From Armatimonadota bacterium (GTDB taxonomy: Bacteria; Armatimonadota; UBA10988): a stretch of 64,000 nt of DNA. Location: NCBI GenBank assembly GCA_016235455.1, contig JACRKZ010000067.1, positions 64,001 to 128,000 of the forward strand, read 5' to 3'. How positions within the stretch are numbered: the first letter of the stretch is position 1; each line of letters starts with the position of its first letter. Position numbers and translations under genes: made by a program. Shown here piece after piece: positions 59,224 through 64,000 of this stretch. The notes below the pieces were generated by a model that was not told the origin of the DNA, made no database searches, and worked only from the letters and a program-made list of their open reading frames with translations.

Positions 59224-59580
59224 TCAGACGCCGAGCGCCTTCTTGGCCAGCTCGACCACCGCGCCGAAGGCGGCCGGATCGTGGATCGCGAGCTCAGAGA
59301 GCATCTTGCGGTCGATGATCACGTCAGCCAACTTGAGGCCGTGGATGAACTTGCTGTAGCTGAGGTCATGCAGGCGGACCCCCGCGTTGACGCGGATGAT
59401 CCACAGGCGCCGCATGTCGCGGCGTCGTTGCCGACGGTCGCGATAGGCGTAGAGCGCCGACTTCATGACCTGGGCTTTGGCGGTGCGGTACTGCTTGCTC
59501 TTGGCACCGAAATAGCCCTTGGCCAGATTCAGCCACTTCTTGCGCTTACGGGTTTGGACTTTGCCGCCCTTAACTCGCAT
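59224..59580 (-). CDS. rplT: 50S ribosomal protein L20
   Basis: [41 protein letters not shown]. Confidence 0.98.
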   Translation of the reverse strand: MRVKGGKVQTRKRKKWLNLAKGYFGAKSKQYRTAKAQVMKSALYAYRDRRQRRRDMRRLWIIRVNAGVRLHDLSYSKFIHGLKLADVIIDRKMLSELAIHDPAAFGAVVELAKKALGV

Positions 59581-59582
59581 GT

Positions 59583-59792
59583 CTAGGCCCTCCCGCTCTT
59601 GGGCAGAATGCCCTTCAACACCTTGGCGTCACCGGCGGCGACGACCTCGCAAGAGCCTAGCGTGCGCTTCCGCTTGCGGGACTTCTTGGTCAGCAAGTGA
59701 CCACAGGACGCGTGCCGGCGCATGATCTTGCCGGTACCCGTCTTCTTGAACCGTTTCGCCGCGGCATTCCGCGACTTACCAGTTTTGCCCAT
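59583..59792 (-). CDS. rpmI: 50S ribosomal protein L35
   Basis: [24 protein letters not shown]. Confidence 0.96.
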   Translation of the reverse strand: MGKTGKSRNAAAKRFKKTGTGKIMRRHASCGHLLTKKSRKRKRTLGSCEVVAAGDAKVLKGILPKSGRA

Positions 59793-59906
59793 GATTCCCT
59801 CTCGGGGTCCAAGGCGCGCTACGGCGCGGCGCGACCGCGGGAGAGCGGCAGCGTCGACTTGACAGCCGTGGCGCGCGGGCTCACCACCCCCGAGACGAGG
59901 CCAGCG

Positions 59907-60653
59907 CTAGGCGCTGGGCTCAGCCTCGTCGGCGGCGTCCTCAGTGGCCGGTGCCGGGGCGCCCTCGTCCGTGGTGGACTCGGGGGCTTGGGCCTCGGCG
60001 GCCATGTCCTCGTCGTCCTCATCGATGTCTTCCTCGATGTTGGCCGACAAGCTTACCAATTCCACACCCGCAGCCTCGGCGGCGTCCTTGCGCTTCTGCA
60101 GCGCCTTGAGCGTATCGGCCGTGGGGGCGATCAAGACGAACATCTTGCGCCCTTCCATCGACGGCCGCTGCTCGACCTCCGCCACATCGCCGACCGCTTC
60201 GGCCAGGCGCATGAGGATGTTGTAACCCAGATCCTGGTGCGTGATCTCACGTCCGCGGAAGCGCACCTCGACCCGTACCTTGTGCCCATCGCGCAGGAAC
60301 AGGTCGGCCTTGCGCCGCGATACGTCGAAGTCAGACTGGCCGGTCATGGGCCGCAAGCGCAGTTGCTTCACATCGGTGCTGCGTTGCTTCTTGCGCTGTT
60401 CGCGCTCGCGCTGCTTCTGCTCGTAGCGGTACTTGCCCCAGTCCATGATGCGGCAGACCGGCGGACTGGCCTCCGGCGCCACTTCAATCAGGTCCAAGCC
60501 CGCATCGCGAGCTGCATCAATGGCCTCACGAACCCAGACAATGCCGACTTGCTCGCCGTTCTCGTCAACCAATCGCACCTTGGGGACGCGGATCTCCTCG
60601 TTGCGCCGCAGGCGCTTCTCGGGCATCTCGGTGCCGACAAATCGTCGTCTGAT
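59907..60653 (-). CDS. infC: Translation initiation factor IF-3 (probable AUC start at 60653)
   Basis: NEEIRVPKVRLV, LDLIEVAP..PPVCRIMDWGKY, RFRGRE, EGR; AGGGAG SD before an in-frame ATC; position in thrS-infC-rpmI-rplT. Confidence 0.93.
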   Translation of the reverse strand: MRRRFVGTEMPEKRLRRNEEIRVPKVRLVDENGEQVGIVWVREAIDAARDAGLDLIEVAPEASPPVCRIMDWGKYRYEQKQREREQRKKQRSTDVKQLRLRPMTGQSDFDVSRRKADLFLRDGHKVRVEVRFRGREITHQDLGYNILMRLAEAVGDVAEVEQRPSMEGRKMFVLIAPTADTLKALQKRKDAAEAAGVELVSLSANIEEDIDEDDEDMAAEAQAPESTTDEGAPAPATEDAADEAEPSA

Positions 60654-60676
60654 GGCAGCTTCTCCCTGGCTCGGGC

Positions 60677-62608
60677 CTACAGCGGCGGAAAGGCCGCTTT
60701 GGCGCTCAGCTCTTCCACGAAGTCGACATAGGGCATCGACCCGCGGTCACGCATGCCGCGCTCACGCACGGACACAGCCTCGGCGTCGACCTCTCGGTCG
60801 CCGCAGATAAGCATATAGGGTACACGTTCGGCCTCGGCCCGGCCAATCTTGGCGCTGGTCCGCTCGCCGGTATCGTCGATCTCGGCCCGGTAGCCCCGAC
60901 TCTTCAGGTCCGCGGTCAGTCGGCGCGCATAGTCGACATGCCGCTCGCCGATCGGTACCACCTTGACCTGCACCGGCGCCAGCCACGCCGGGAAGGCTCC
61001 GGCGCAGTGCTCGATGAGCACGCCCATGAACCGCTCGATGCTGCCCAGCACCGCGCGATGGACCATGACCGGCCGCTCGCGCTCGTCGGCGCTGTTCACA
61101 TACGTCAGGTCGAACCGCTCGGGCAGGTTGAAGTCGAGCTGGCAGGTGCCCAACTGATGCCGGCGCGCCAGCGCGTCGGACACCATGAAGTCGATCTTGG
61201 GCCCGTAGAAGGCGCCTTCGCCTTCAGCCACTTTGTACTCGACGCCCCGCCGCTGCAAGGCCTGATGCAGTCGGGCCTCGGCGTCGGCCCACACCGCCTC
61301 GTCGCCCACGGCCTTGGCCGGTCGCGTGCTCAGGTCGATGCGCACGTCGGTGAAGCCGAACAGCTCATAGCACTCCATGAGCATGTCGATGAACGAGAAG
61401 ACCTCGTCCTCGATCTGGTCGGTGCGGCAGAAGATATGCGCGTCATCCTGGGCGAAGCTGCGCACGCGGGTCAGGCCCGCGGTGACGCCCGATGCCTCGT
61501 AGCGGTGCAGCCGACCAAAGTCGGCATAGCGCACGGGCAGGTCGCGATAGCTATGGTGCCGGCTGGCGAACATGATCGCGTGCGCCGGGCAGTTCATGGG
61601 CTTGACGGCGAATTCCTGGCCGTCGACCTCCACGAAGTACATGTTCTCGCGGTAGTTGTCGTAGTGGCCCGAGGTCTTCCACAGGTCGACCGACATGATC
61701 TGCGGGGTGATCACCTCGTCGTAGCCGAACCGCCGGTACAGGCTGCGCACCAGGTCGGTGAGCTTGTTGTAGATCAGCGCGCCCTTGGGGAAGAAGAACG
61801 GGCAGGCCGGCGCCACGTCGGAGAACCAGACCAGGTCCAGTTCGCGGCCCAACCGGCGGTGGTCGCGCTTCTCCGCCTCTTCGCGCAGGCGCAGCCACTC
61901 GGCCAGTTGCTTCTTGTCCGGGAACGAGATGCCGTAGATGCGCTGCAGCATCTTGTTGTTGCTGTCGCCGCGCCAGTAGGCACCCGAGGCGGTCAGCAGC
62001 TTGACCACGCCAATCCGGCCCGTGCTGGGCAGGTGCGGTCCACGGCACAGGTCGACCCAGTGGCTGTCGCCGTTGGCGTTGCCATACAGGCTGACCGTGT
62101 CGTCCTCGGCGATGGCGTCGAGCAGCTCGATTTTGTACGGCTCGCCCAGCTCGTCGAAGACGCGGCGCGCCTCGTCGCGGCTCACCTCGGATCGGCTGAA
62201 GGCCTGGTCCTCGGCGATGACGCGGCGCATCTCGTCCTCGATGCGCGCCAGATCGTCGGGCGTGAACGGCTGTTCGACATCGAAGTCGTAGTAGAAGCGG
62301 CCATCGGCCAAGGACGGCCCAATGGTCACCTTGGCCTGCGGGAAGACGCGCTGCACGGCCTGCGCCAGCACGTGCGCCGTGCTGTGGCGATAGACTTTCT
62401 GGCCCTCGTCGTCGCGCCAGGTGAGGAAGCGCACACCGGCGTCGGCCTCCAGGCGATGCGACAGGTCGACCAGCTGGCCGTCCACCTCGGCGGCCAGGGC
62501 AGCCTTGGCCAGGCCCGGGCCAATGGCCAGGGCGACGGTAGTCAGGTCAACTCCCGGATCGAACGACAGGCGCGAGCCGTCTGGCAACGACACATTGATG
62601 GAACTCAT
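60677..62608 (-). CDS. thrS: Threonyl-tRNA synthetase
   Basis: TGS domain (LPDGS), RHSTAH, DLCRGPH, RDHR, KPMNCP, RVRSFAQDDAH, GAFYGPK, HRAVLGSIERF; AAAGGAGG SD. Confidence 0.98.
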   Translation of the reverse strand: MSSINVSLPDGSRLSFDPGVDLTTVALAIGPGLAKAALAAEVDGQLVDLSHRLEADAGVRFLTWRDDEGQKVYRHSTAHVLAQAVQRVFPQAKVTIGPSLADGRFYYDFDVEQPFTPDDLARIEDEMRRVIAEDQAFSRSEVSRDEARRVFDELGEPYKIELLDAIAEDDTVSLYGNANGDSHWVDLCRGPHLPSTGRIGVVKLLTASGAYWRGDSNNKMLQRIYGISFPDKKQLAEWLRLREEAEKRDHRRLGRELDLVWFSDVAPACPFFFPKGALIYNKLTDLVRSLYRRFGYDEVITPQIMSVDLWKTSGHYDNYRENMYFVEVDGQEFAVKPMNCPAHAIMFASRHHSYRDLPVRYADFGRLHRYEASGVTAGLTRVRSFAQDDAHIFCRTDQIEDEVFSFIDMLMECYELFGFTDVRIDLSTRPAKAVGDEAVWADAEARLHQALQRRGVEYKVAEGEGAFYGPKIDFMVSDALARRHQLGTCQLDFNLPERFDLTYVNSADERERPVMVHRAVLGSIERFMGVLIEHCAGAFPAWLAPVQVKVVPIGERHVDYARRLTADLKSRGYRAEIDDTGERTSAKIGRAEAERVPYMLICGDREVDAEAVSVRERGMRDRGSMPYVDFVEELSAKAAFPPL

Positions 62609-62778
62609 GCTCAGTCTCCTCCTTTCCGGGATGCAGATATTGACTACGCGCCCTCGGGGCGCACGGACCCGTCCCAGGAAGCCTCCTGGGGGTTGGTAGA
62701 ATAGCACGACAAGCGGTGAGTCGCAAGCGAACGGCGCATGGCAAGCGCGTTTGCGCGCGTAGCCGCGCGCTGCAACCA

Positions 62779-62807
62779 TTGCCGTGCGGGGGTGTCAGTG
62801 CTAGCAT
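62779..62807 (+). promoter_or_regulatory. sigma70 promoter of maf-mreB
   Basis: TTGCCG-N17-TAGCAT with TG extension, 8 nt before the GTG start. Confidence 0.6.
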
Positions 62808-62815
62808 AGGGCGGC

Positions 62816-64000
<1,185 letters not shown>

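Noticed and set aside
62609-62815. T-box upstream of thrS
   Set aside because: No GGTGGxACC consensus or Stem I motifs

Overview
GC-rich (about 70% by eye) bacterial chromosomal window. Three DUF1559/H-X9-DG prepilin genes and the overall gene content suggest Armatimonadota or a similar PVC-like lineage (inference). Housekeeping genes: recJ, trpB2, pyrG, pcrA, gpmI, thrS-infC-rpmI-rplT, a TrmH methylase, T-box-regulated pheS-pheT, maf and partial mreB. These are interleaved with a large carbohydrate-use repertoire: GH43, GH29, GH36, GH2, a probable novel GH, an HzsA-like heme protein, a disrupted Gfo/Idh/MocA gene, a HEAT-CBM32-DUF1080 fusion and MFS permeases. No rRNA, tRNA, CRISPR array, transposase or prophage was seen. 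Most interesting observations: (1) a non-RTX protein with a C-terminal FrpC-like Ca2+-dependent Asp-Pro self-processing module; (2) three dispersed DUF1559 pilin genes, each with its own sigma70 promoter and a different repressor-type palindrome, one with an SD-sequestering hairpin that would silence read-through mRNA; (3) two families of palindromic intergenic elements; (4) several apparent leaderless mRNAs; (5) an AUC start for infC and a PheT lacking the B2 domain.
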